A stretch of 64,000 nucleotides of DNA from Eledone cirrhosa. Lineage: Eukaryota. Position numbers and translations under genes: made by a program. Under the pieces are notes generated by a model. It was not told the origin of the DNA, ran no database searches, and saw only the letters and a list, made by a program, of their open reading frames with translations. Below are positions 30,555 through 42,251 of this stretch, piece after piece (within the stretch, counting starts at the first letter, position 1; the number at the start of each line of letters is the position of its first letter). Where the stretch lies: positions 15,190,001 to 15,254,000 of the forward strand of contig OZ024757.1 in assembly GCA_964016885.1 (NCBI GenBank), in the 5' to 3' direction.

Positions 30555-30679
30555 CCCTTTAGCATCTAAACTGGCTGTAACCGGCCAGAATTTCATAGAT
30601 TCTATATTATGTAAGGTAAAAAAGCCTTTACTATGAAAATATAATAGTATATATATAGAGTAATGTAAATGCTAAAGGG
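30555..30679. mobile_element. piggyBac-type MITE, family A (internally deleted)
   Basis: Same TIRs and TTAA flanks. Confidence 0.8.
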
Positions 30680-32609
30680 TTAAATGTTAAAAGTAAAATT
30701 AATATTAAACAACATCTTTGTTATTATTTTTTAACATTTAATATTCCAGTTGTATTGCTGGAACCTTCTAATAAAACACGTTGAAATAGTTTGGACCGAA
30801 TTCTCATTATTACATAGTAGATACTATCAGATTTCAGTAATTAAACATTTGTCTTTTATTATTAAATTAAAAGTTTTTTGTTTCATTAAAGTGTTTCATA
30901 ATTCTTGATTAATTTTGATAAGTAAAACACAAAGAGTTGTAAGAAATAAAACTAAAGGGTAGGCCATTAGTAAAAGCAAAAATGAATGCTTCACCTCCAA
31001 AAGAGGAATAATTCAAGAAGAAAAAGAAAGGGTTAATGAAATGAAGTAAGGATAAGGGAGCTGATTTAGGGATAGGCAAGAGATAGAAAAGGTGAATGTG
31101 TTTGGAATAGAATTACTATAATTATGATGGAAATAATATACTTGTATCACTGACTAATAACTTATTGCTGATATGAATTTTTACAATTCAAACAAACACT
31201 TAGGTTATCCACATTAATACCAAACTGTCTGAAACTGACTGGTTCTGTAATACAAAGCTGTTTATTCTATAGTGTTTATATTTATCTAAAAACCCATCCA
31301 ATATGATTTTATGTAAGAACCTTTGATAAGTTATATTCCAAACATTAACTTGACAATGAAAAAGTTTGTTATATTACTAAATCATTCTGAATTCTGGCTT
31401 ATTGAAAAAATTATTTGTAAATCATAGGTAGTATCTTTCATTAGAAATATGGTAATGAAAGGGCTAAACAACACACAAACTTACAATAATTAAATAAACA
31501 TAGAATTTACATTGTATTTTTCCTGAAAATATTTAAACCAGAAAATTGTAATAAATAAATAACTAAATAAATACATAAAATAAAATAAAATAAAAAAATT
31601 ACATGTGCAGAACTAATTGTCTAGAGGCAAAAAATAGATTTTAGAAATGTCTTCTGTGTGATTGTGTGATATTGGTGAGAAACTGATTAAAACTGCAGTG
31701 ACATAGTGGTGAATATTATAATAGAAAATAGAAGTTTGTGAAGAAAATATTGAAACAACTGGAAACCAGTGTAGTAAGGCAAAATATAAAATGTATATTG
31801 AAGGTCCTACTAATAGAAAAGAAGAAAAGAGATCCCTCCAAATTCTTGATTATTTTCAAAATTTATTGAAAACCATAGGGCAGTGTTTGTCATTAGAAAT
31901 ACGGTAGCGAAAGGTTTAAATTATGTTCCAAACACCAGCTTAATAATAAGAAAGTTATATTACTAAATCCATCCAAATTCTTGATTATTTTCGAAATTCA
32001 TTGAAAACCATAGGCAGTGTCTTTCAATTAGAATTATGGCAAACAAAGACTGTTCAACAAAACTGGTTCCCTCATTTATGTGTGTAGAAGAGGAACACTT
32101 GCATTCATAAGAGATTTGGGAATATATCTTTTGCACAATGGAGTTTGACAATATGTAAGGATTCTAGAATATGATTCTCTAGTGCCAATATAAAAGTTAA
32201 GTGAAATACTTAACCAGAGGCATAACTAGGGAAAAAGTGCCTATGGCAAGCAGTGAAATTGTGCCTCTGCTCAGCTCTGCATTTTTACTATGGTCCTAAT
32301 AATTTATATAAATGGTTTAATGATCCAGCCACCATAGTGTTCTCACCCATGATAGAGACAGTTTCTTTTTCCATTTTCCGGCGAGGCTTATTTGACTTTA
32401 ATAGAGTATGTTCCTTCATGTGGTACCCATGGCATACCAACCTGCTTAAAACTGCCATGTTTTTATGATACACACCAGCTCATTTTAAAATGTTAACATC
32501 TATATTAAAACCTTACCTATGGTCATAACCGAAAGAATACAACCGTGAATACAAGTGGCTGAAATGGTGCTCCTTCAAAGGGAGCAACGTTACTTGAGAG
32601 AGTGCATAT

Positions 32610-32895
32610 TTTGGAGATCAGACAGTCGCTCCGATACTACAGGCATATGGTTAGAATGTCTCAGGAAAGAATCACTAGACAGATCTTATGGGTAAAACCA
32701 GCTGAATCAGGGCAGTAGAATCAGGGATAGACCCCAAGCAAAATGGTTGGATAACATCCATGAGCTTGGTTAGTCTCGTTTAGGGATCCAGCCAGATCAA
32801 TTGGAGATGACTGCTTCTGACAGGAAGCACTGGAATGAGTGTTTGCAGACTCTGCCCCCATGATTTTCTCAGGAATAAGTGGGTGAAGAAGAAAA
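32610..32895 (+). mobile_element. Degenerate RTE-like 3' fragment
   Basis: ggttagaatgtctcaggaaagaatcact...atggttggataacatccatgagc...actctgccccc...caggaataagtggg matches 15400-15640. Confidence 0.65.
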
Positions 32896-32999
32896 CCTTC
32901 CATCATAATATTATTTAAGAAAGCTTTTTTTAAAGTAATATTTCTAATGCCATCTTAAGGTTGTTATCACATTAAATTCTTCAAATTTTCAAAATTGCG

Positions 33000-33205
33000 T
33001 TCTAATTTAGGCACAAGGCCAGCAAACCTGGGAAAAGGGGCAAAGTCAATTAAATCAACCCCACTACTTGACTAGTACTTTATTTTATCGACCCCAGAAA
33101 GATGAAAGGCAAAGTTGACCATGGCAGGATTTGAACTCAGAATGTAAAGTACTTGAACAAATACTGCAATGGCATATTATTCGACGCTCTACCAATTCTG
33201 CAATT
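33000..33205 (-). mobile_element. tRNA-derived SINE, same family
   Basis: Same consensus, more diverged. Confidence 0.8.
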
Positions 33206-33744
33206 GCAACATTGTAATTCATAAGAAATACAGTAAGAAAAGTGTTAAGCCATGAGTAGAATGTGAGAAAGAATTGTGAATATATCATAATATAGGGAGA
33301 GAAATAGGTGTTCAGTTGTTGAAGAGAATATTATAAAAGAAAACACCTAGTATGTAAACTCTACAAGCAGAGCTAATGTTACCATTAAAGCCAACTCGGG
33401 GGCAGACCTCAGAGAAGCACATTACTGAAACTTAAAGGTTCACAGTTTTATACAAATTTATATAATTGAATTAAATATATCATAGTTTTCCATGTAGCAG
33501 TGCTCTATAAGAATCCAAAGCAGTGAAAAGGGTCATATGATGTTATGACCTGTCACATGATTTAGCGTGTGTGAGGGTAGACTGTGTAGTAGAAAATGCA
33601 GGCTTATTAATTTTCTTTGTTGTGGTCAGAACATGAAGTGTCTAAAGCTAGGTTTGTCAGCTTGCCAAACTGCAAGTGGAAATTGTTTTATTTCAAAGAA
33701 TGGAGCACATAACTAGGAGAAAAGGGGATCAAATTATGTGGTTA

Positions 33745-34025
33745 GCTTAGGATGCTAAATAATCAGGCACTGATCCTAGCTTAGGCTGTTAAATAACCAG
33801 ACACTGACTCTAGCTGAGGGTGCTAAATAACCAGGCACCGACCCTAGCTTAGGGTATTAAATAACCAGGCACTGATCCTAGCTTAGGGTGCTAAATAGCC
33901 AGGACTGACCCAAGCTTAGGGGGTTAAATAACCAGATACTGATCCTAGCTCAGGGTGTTAAATAACCAAACACTGACCCTAGCTCAGGGTGTAAATAACC
34001 AGGCACTGGTCTTAGCTACAAGATG
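33745..34025. repeat. 34-bp minisatellite, about 8 copies (taaataaccaggcactgatcctagcttagggtgc)
   Basis: Direct tandem units. Confidence 0.9.
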
Positions 34026-35944
34026 TTACCTAAATCAGATTTAGAAAAAATAATTGTTTCTACATTTGGCACAAGGCCAGCAATTACCCAGTGTATTACT
34101 GGTAATAATATTAAATAATATTAACATGTTAAGTGTAATCAAATGTATTACCTTAATATCCTGTAATACATGAAACCTTATGAAGATATTCTTGAAAAGT
34201 ACAGAACAACACTATGACTGTATCACATTAAGTCTTTTCTCTAATAATGCAAATTTTCCCAATGATTTACTCATTAGTAAAGATAATAAAAACATTTGAA
34301 TTAACAAACCCGTTGTTAGATATTTTCTGCTAAGTCATTACAAGATGGTTTTAAAAGTATAAAACAGCACTATGACTGCACCATTAAAAATCAAAGTCTT
34401 TACTCTTATACTGCAAATTTTCAGGAGTGAAAGTGCTATACACAGTCAAATTAACAAACCTGTTTTTAGATATTTATTTTCTGCTAAATCATCACAAAAT
34501 TTCAAGAGAAACATTGAAACAACATTTTTTAGGAGAGGCAAAATGTGAAGTGGAAACAAGTCTAAACAAATTTGCAAATAAATTCATTCTTTTCTCTTAC
34601 CTTCGTAACAATAACCTGAAAGTAAGTACCAAATTTTCAAAGTAAATAGATGAACAAAAAAAGATGAAGGGAGAAAGGGGTAAATGTTTATAATGGTTTC
34701 TGATTTAGGCACAAGGCCAGCATAAAGATCCAGAACAAATGTTACAAAGCATTTTGTCCAATGATCATCCATCCACCATCCTAATAATAATAATAATGGT
34801 TTCTGATTTAGGCACTCAGCAATTTGTGGAATAAGCTCAAAGATTCCAAGTAATAAATTTGAGCATTTATTAAGGATAAATAGCTAAGGATAGATAGTAG
34901 CTAAATCTCCCTCAAATCCCACCTCACTGTCTTAAAGATAGGACACATTGTGTCAAAGGCATGACAACCTCTCCTGAGCACTCAGTGAGCATGAGACTTT
35001 ACTTAGGCAAGACATAGATACCTGGCCTACCTGAGAGATCAGTGGCTCTGCTTCAGTACTGACTTGGTCTGTATGGGCCCATCCAACCCTTGCTAGCAGG
35101 AAAAGTGGACGTTAAAAAGATGATGATAATGATGATGATTATGATGATAGCAGCTAAATCTCCCTCAAATCACATCTCACTGTCTTAAGGATAGGGCACA
35201 TTAGATAATGTAATCTTAAATAGTAGCTAAGTCTCCCTCAAATCACAAGCCCACTTTCTTAAAGAAAGGGCACATTAGATAATATAGTTCTAGATACCGG
35301 CCTCCCAACCAGAAATGAATGTATGTATGGACCTGTAACTCTTGATAGAGTTATAGGGGCACTATAGTGACATACAGTATCTTTAGGGCATTTTTAAAAC
35401 CTGGCAAAGCCCTTCTCTCCAGGTCCAAAACACAGCCGATTTCTTCCAGAGAAGGAGAGAATGTTAGAGAAGAAATGTGAAAGCGATGTAGAGAAAGTAT
35501 CAACCCTAGTACTGGACTGGTACTTTTTTTTTTTTATTGACCCCTGAAAAGATAAAAGGCGAAGTTGCCCTCAGCAGGATTTGAACTCAGAGTTCATAGA
35601 GCCAGAACAAATACTACAATACATTCTAATCGATGTTTTAACAACTCCTTTGCCAGTTTGAACAATATTTACAAATGTAATAAAAGAATACATTAGAAAT
35701 AACTAAAAGCAATTGCAACCCAAACCTGGTATCATGCAATATAGAATCTGTAGACATGAGGGAGGAGAAATTTAAAATTAAGTGGCATGGCATGCATGGA
35801 AGTAAATATTTCTATTTCAAATGTAGAAGGTAGTGCCCCAGCATAGCCACAGTTCAATGATGGAAACCAGAACCAGAACAAGAAAGTAAAAGAATATAAC
35901 TATATATATGTATATAGATAGATATATGAGTATGTGTGAAAAGT

Positions 35945-36145
35945 ATACAGAAAAAACACAACAGAAAATGAGGTTCAATGAAGAAATATATTAGTTTCAC
36001 ACTTAATACGGTAAGAATAGTCTTAATGTTTCAGATGCTAGTCTGTCATCAGAATATAGAATCAGAAATTAAAGAAGAAATAGATAGAGGTGAGTGAGCA
36101 GGGCAGAAACGAAAAGAATTTCTTTGAGAAAAAGCAGGTCCTCCG

Positions 36146-36150
<5 letters not shown>
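35945..36150 (-). mobile_element. Second copy of the hammerhead-bearing repeat family (Penelope-like pLTR remnant?)
   Basis: The reverse complement aligns by eye with 63188-63400 (ggacctg..tttctc..gccctgc..ctatttcttc). Carries CTGATGA-C-AGA-ctagca-TCT-GAAACATTA at 36052-36024 and is flanked by (TA)n. Confidence 0.6.
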
Positions 36151-36189
<39 letters not shown>

Positions 36190-36619
36190 GATAACAACTT
36201 ATCGTTATAGGTAATCCAGTTAGAGGTTGTGAGTTCTCTGCATTGTGGATAGTTTTAACGTACGGCTTTGTTTGACTCAACAAGATGTTTCCATAGTTAG
36301 GCAGCGAGTTCGCGGTAATTCCTATGTAGGTTATACTTGGAGTAATAATAGTGAAAGATTGAAGAGTAACGTGGTTGGCTGTACAACAAGGGGCTTTATT
36401 TCAGGTATTAACAATTGTTTCATTGATCAGGTGAGTCTAGAGGTCGCTAATCGCTTGAAGTTGCGTCACTCGATCTCCATTACATTATTTACCTCTGATC
36501 AACACATCAGAATACGCGATTAGCGACCTCTAGACTCACCTGATCAATGAAACAATTGTCAATATCTGAAATAAAGTCCCTTGTTGTACAGCCAACCATA
36601 TTAATTTTCATTCTTTCAC

Positions 36620-36650
<31 letters not shown>

Positions 36651-36668
36651 ATGTGTGTGTCTGTGTGT

Positions 36669-36704
<36 letters not shown>

Positions 36705-37157
36705 ATGAGTAACTAAACAATCTATTTTTAGAAGTGGTGAGTGACTTACGAACCTTCAAAAATTAAGACTACTTTAGAGTAAAGTTGATGGCTACAACAT
36801 AGGGCATATAAGCCCCCAGAGACAGAAAAAAGTGGACAGCACCACCTATGGGACTCTAACTAACTCACACCTTCCATACATTGTGTGGATGTGCTACTGA
36901 TTATATCAAAAGTGGTGACTGATCCCTCCCATTTTTTATAAGCCATTATCAGTCAGACCAGAAATTTCAGACCAGATATTTATTTACGTGACAGATTTTA
37001 TCAGCAAGAGACCCAGAGGTAAACCACGAGCAAGATTATTGTCTAACAATCAGAAGCTTGATTGATTTTGCTTGGGGATCATTTGGAGAAGGTTGCTTCG
37101 GAAAGAACCTACTGAAAGGTATGTCTGAGGACCCTGCCCTCTCTACCACGACACTCT

Positions 37158-37540
37158 AAGTTTCTCAAAGTTTTTGGGCCACCGTCCCGTCCCCCTTATG
37201 GCCACACAATACTCTCAGCCCCCCCCCCCCACCCCCCACCCCAACCCTATTTCCAGAGAGACCTGCCTGCATGCAAGTTGTAAATGATATATACTAAATT
37301 AAATCGTTAATTTATATATAATAAAGAATATAATATATACTATGTATAATTAAATATACATTTTTTTAATTTTACTGTATTTGTATATATAATATGCATC
37401 ATTTGATATTTAATATACTATTATATCATCTCTACCACCCCCACCATCACCACCATCACCGTTCCCTTAGGCCCTAGCTGCCCCCTGGACCTTCTCAACG
37501 CCCCCTGCAGGGCAATAGCGCTCACTTTGATAACCTCTAC
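37158..37540. mobile_element. Non-autonomous DNA-transposon-like repeat (second copy ~19878-20150)
   Basis: Shared ctcaaa.ttttt.gggccaccg...ccaaccctatttccagagagacct...ttatatcatctctac block. Confidence 0.55.
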
Positions 37541-37904
37541 TCTAAGGAATAAATGGTGATGATGATGAAATAACTCAATGTTAATCAAACATTTTTGTCA
37601 GAGAGAGGTGGAGGGTAAAAATAGAAAATAAGTGGGAAAGGGTGGGGAATGAGAGAGATAGAGAGGGGGAAATGAGAGAGAGAGAGAGAGAGAGAGAGAT
37701 GAAAGAGAATGTAAATAAGTATCCCCTCACACTAGAAATCTAAACAAGACATCACACAAAATATTTTTTAATTAATTGCTAATTAGTGAAGCATAGTTAA
37801 TTAACACAACTAAATAAACCAATAAAATTATATTAATAATAAAATTAAAATTATATTTGATTCAGATTTATAGAAATTGTTGAATTAACGACAACAGTAA
37901 TAGT

Positions 37905-38138
37905 TGGTGATGATGATAGTGATGATGATGGTGAGGATGTTGATGATGATGGTGATGATGATGGTGTGATGATGATAATGGTGATGTTGATGATGGTGAG
38001 AATGTTCATGATGATGGTGATGACATTCCTGATAGTGGTTGACAATGAAGGTGATCATGATGATAATAATGTTGATTGAGGTGATGGTGATGCTGCTAAG
38101 GGTAGGGAGGATATTCATGATGATGATGATGGTGATGA
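37905..38138. repeat. Degenerate (GAT)n trinucleotide repeat
   Basis: Direct reading. Confidence 0.85.
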
Positions 38139-38544
38139 TTTAATCAGTTATTTTGTGTGATGCCTTCCTAATATCTTTTTAAATCTTATTTTAGCACCAT
38201 AGCCAGAGATGTTATCTAAATGTTAGAGAGAATATAGACATCTATATGAAAATATACCCTGTACATCTTATATCCAAGTTGCTTGCTGTTCATTTGGGAT
38301 AATCTCTGAAAAGGAGACAACATAAGATTCCAGTGTAACAAACAGAACAAGAAACTAGAGGTGTTTTTAACTGGAGTTGTTAGAATTACTGTATATACTT
38401 GTATGTAAGCCGAGAAATATGTAACAAAAATATAACAAAAAAAGTCGATGGTAAAATTAGGGTTGAGGGTGTTGGCTTACATTCAAGGTCAATATTTCAC
38501 TCATTTTCACCAACTTCAAAATGAGTTGCTACAATATTTTTGCT

Positions 38545-38682
38545 TTGGAGGTGAATATTACACCGGTTTCACTTTGGAGGTGAATATTACATTAGTTTCA
38601 CTTTGGAGGTGAATAATACATGGATTTCACTTTGAAAGTGACTATTTCACTGGTTTTACTTCAGAGGTGAATATTACACTGG
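38545..38682. repeat. ~29-bp minisatellite (ctttggaggtgaatattacac...tttca), 4-5 copies
   Basis: Direct tandem units. Confidence 0.8.
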
Positions 38683-40057
38683 CATTGGCTTGTATTTGAG
38701 TATATACAGTTATAACTCATTTGCAGTTAGAAAGAAAGAATTGAGTTTATTATTTTACATATAAAGAAGTCATTGTAGTGTACTTGATGATGTATTTTAC
38801 TAATCTAACTCTTTTGAGACCAGCACCACCACAACTAGCTCTGGTTCTAATTAGATTAAGATCTTTCAATGTAATTTCATATAAGAACCATGTTAAGTTA
38901 CTATCTTAGTAATGAAATAATGAAAATTTTTGTAAAAATCTCTCAAAATTTTTCATTCATAATTTTAATACAACCTCAGCCAAAACCACCTCTGGTTCTA
39001 CAAAACCAAACCACTCATTTTAAAGGGTTCCTAGTTAAATTAAGCCTGGAGAGGGATGAATTCTCCCAGGTTTAAAATGCTCAAGAAATGCTGTTATTTC
39101 ACTACAGAGACGCTATGGTACCATTAGGAGTTATGGGACTAATGAAAGAACTATTTTAATAAATCCCACAAAATTCTTCATTAACTGTTTTGATACCAGC
39201 ATGGTCAAATTTGGCTCTGGTTCTAAGAAACAAAACCACCCATTTTAAAGGATTCCAATTTAGATTAAAACCTTTAACCACAATTTTATAAATGTAAAGA
39301 AATAATGAATAATTTAGTAAATCCCTCAAAATTCTTGGTTAATTAATTTTGAGTGTATTTCATTAGAAACACACTCACAAAAATGTTAATATTTTACTAA
39401 TTTATAATTTAACTAATTAGATAAGGTGTTGTAGTTTGCTTGAAGCTTTGTGTAAAGTGTAGAAAATAGTGTTTTATTTGAAGGTTACCATATTTTTAAC
39501 ATTTACCATCCAATTCAGATCGTAGTAGCCTTCAAACAAAACACTATTTTTACTAAAGTTAATAAGAAGTGAGATATGTAATAAAAGACTGATAAGTTTT
39601 TAAAAGCTGGTACAATGTAGAAATATATAAAGGGCAAATGATGACAAATAAAACAAAACAAGGTAATGTTTTACCCAATATATTTTAACATGATATTTCA
39701 AGGCTTTTACCCTCTTTTCAAATGTGAAGCAAAAATGGTTCAAAACAAAAACATTGATTATTTGTTTTTGTTTTGAGCTATTTTATATTTGAAAAGAGGG
39801 TTAGAGCCCCAAAATATCGTACTTTGTTTTGTTTTATTTGTCATCCATTGCCCTTATATATTTCTATCATATTGTACTGTCTTTTTGAAACTTATTAGTC
39901 CTTTATTACTATTTTCACTAATTGAAGATATAACTAAGTCATAGTTAGAAAGAAAGAATTTTGATAATTAAATGAAAAAATATTTGATGAATAGATGCTG
40001 AAAAATAAATATGTTAGTAAGAAAAAAAGAAGGAAAAGTTGAATACGAGTTACTTAC

Positions 40058-40370
40058 CTCCCCTGTGTTTCCTGTGTCTTTCATGTTCTGCTATAGAGTG
40101 TGCTTGATCAACTATATTTGAAACAGCAGATGCGAACCCCACGTCTAATCCTCTACGTGGAGACACAGAACGTCGATGCATACTTGGTGACGCCATTGGA
40201 GAACCAAGAGGACTCTGAGGAGGCAATGGAGAACGAGGTGATACCGGTGAAAGAGGCACTGTATGTGTAAAAAGTAACCCTTTACTAGAACCCGTTCCAG
40301 GTCTGGCAGCAGGAAAATGGGCTGCGTGTTCGGGCCTCAGTCCCCATGAAAAGTCCTGCTTCTCAGAGGG
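40058..40370 (-). CDS. cac: Cav2 alpha-1 internal exon (PSEKQDFSWGLRPEH...DVGFASAVSNIVDQAHSIAEHERHRKHRG)
   Basis: Acceptor gctatttcag|CCC (phase 0), open frame over 313 nt, donor G|GTAAGT (phase 1) matching the terminal exon. Confidence 0.92.
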
Positions 40371-40954
40371 CTGAAATAGCGTAGTATTGGAGAGAATTAA
40401 TGTAAGATTTTAATCATTAAAATTTCATAGCAAAAGTTGCCTGACATCCAATAGCACCTTTATGAATTTTTCCGCATCTCACCATCTCTCTCCTGTCCCA
40501 AAGCTTAGGATTCCCATATTAAATTCTATGTGTATGTAACTTGTACATATGAAAACATTTAAGATGTTATATTATACAGACCAAAATGGTTCTTTTAAAA
40601 TATATAAGAAGAATTTCAAAAATTTGGAGCACTTGCACTTGTTTTCTGCAAGGTTATTTGATATAAATGGGGGAAGGTTTTATAAAATGGAAAAATGAAT
40701 GAGAATAATTTGATATAAAAAGGAGGGAAGGGGTAGAGGAAGCTAAGCATGAATAACAGGAGGATGACAGCAGAAAGGCATAAAGGTTTGGATAGAAAAG
40801 CATTAGCAGGTAGTCAATATATAAACATTCAATGTAAGCCACAGCAAATTTAAGGTTATAGAATGCATATACACACAAAATTCATACATATAGATATATG
40901 AAAAAAAAAACAAACAAAAAAAATCAGTACATGTGTATGTGTGTATGAATATAT

Positions 40955-41014
<60 letters not shown>

Positions 41015-41658
41015 GTGTATATATGTATGTGTATATATATGTATATATATATATATGTGTAATATATATATATGTATGTATGTATATATATATGTATATA
41101 TATATGATTTTATATATGATTATATGCATATATATATATATATATGATATGACTGTATAAGTGTGTGTGTGTGTATATATATATACACACACATTAAACC
41201 TTATGCAGAGTGAAGTAATTGTCTCTGATATCTAATTCAAAAATATGTCCCATCTTGATTTGATATATATAAAGAAAAAACACAACCAGTATAATTATAT
41301 AAAAACCATATGTTAAGTTGCTATCTTAGCAATCAAATAATAAATAATTTTAGAAAATCCCTCCCCATGAAAGCTTTTCATACCATCTCACCAAAAACTA
41401 GCCTTGGTTCCATGAAATAAAACCACACATTTTAAAGGGTTTCTATTTAAATTCAAATCTTCAAAAAATCTCATGAAATATACTGATAAATCCCTCAAAA
41501 TGCTTCATTAATTAATTAAAATAGAATGTATAAAATGGTTGTGCTTTATATAATAAACTTAAATCTGTACAAACAAGCAGTTCCTAGCAAGTTCTCTCTG
41601 ACGTACAGGATAGGTCTTTCGTGAGGTAAATATTATTGATACTGATATATATATATAG

Positions 41659-42065
41659 TGGCGTGTTCCTGGCAGAATCCAGGTGCTTGATGTATTCCAC
41701 CGTTGTTGCATTCGGACCATATTGAAAATTTCATGGAGAGACCAAGTTAGCAATGAGGAAATGATGAGGAGGTCAGGATTGGAGAGGTTAAGGGACATTG
41801 TCCGGAAAAGGAGACGGCGGTTCGTGGGCCACATCCTTCGTTTGCCGGCAGATCGACCTGCTCATATTGCCATGGATTCGGTACCAGAAGGTGGCAGGCG
41901 AGAACGGGGAAGACCACAAAAAACATGGCGGAGCACATTCAGGGAGGACGTGCGGGAGATGGGAATTACCTGGAGAGGTGCTAGAAGGGCCGCCAGTGAC
42001 AGGATCAAGTGGAGGAAGCTCGTCGCCCAATGTTCCACAAGGGACTGGAGGAACTAAGACTAAGA
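41659..42065 (+). mobile_element. 5'-truncated RTE-clade LINE, 3' end with intact ORF2 C-terminus
   Basis: LDVFHRCCIRTILKISWRDQVSNEE...RRRRFVGHILRLPADRP...GRRERGRPQKTWR...W is a typical RTE C-terminal region; short tail taagactaaga; inserted beside (TA)n. Confidence 0.85.
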
Positions 42066-42211
42066 TATATCTAGTAATAATAATAAATGTGAAGATTAAA
42101 ATCCGAAGAGGGCTCGACAATATATATATCAAAATATATAGAACCATAGAGTTTCAGAAGATCCCATTAAAGGTGAAAGCAGCGATTCTTTGCTTAAACT
42201 TTAATCTGTTA

Positions 42212-42251
<40 letters not shown>

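Noticed and set aside
36300-36360. 'TYIGITANS' as a GIY-YIG endonuclease remnant
   Set aside because: No upstream GxY/CxxC or downstream R..EH context, and there are stops in frame.
37851-38118. His-rich and Ser-rich ORFs
   Set aside because: (GAT/ATC)n trinucleotide repeat.
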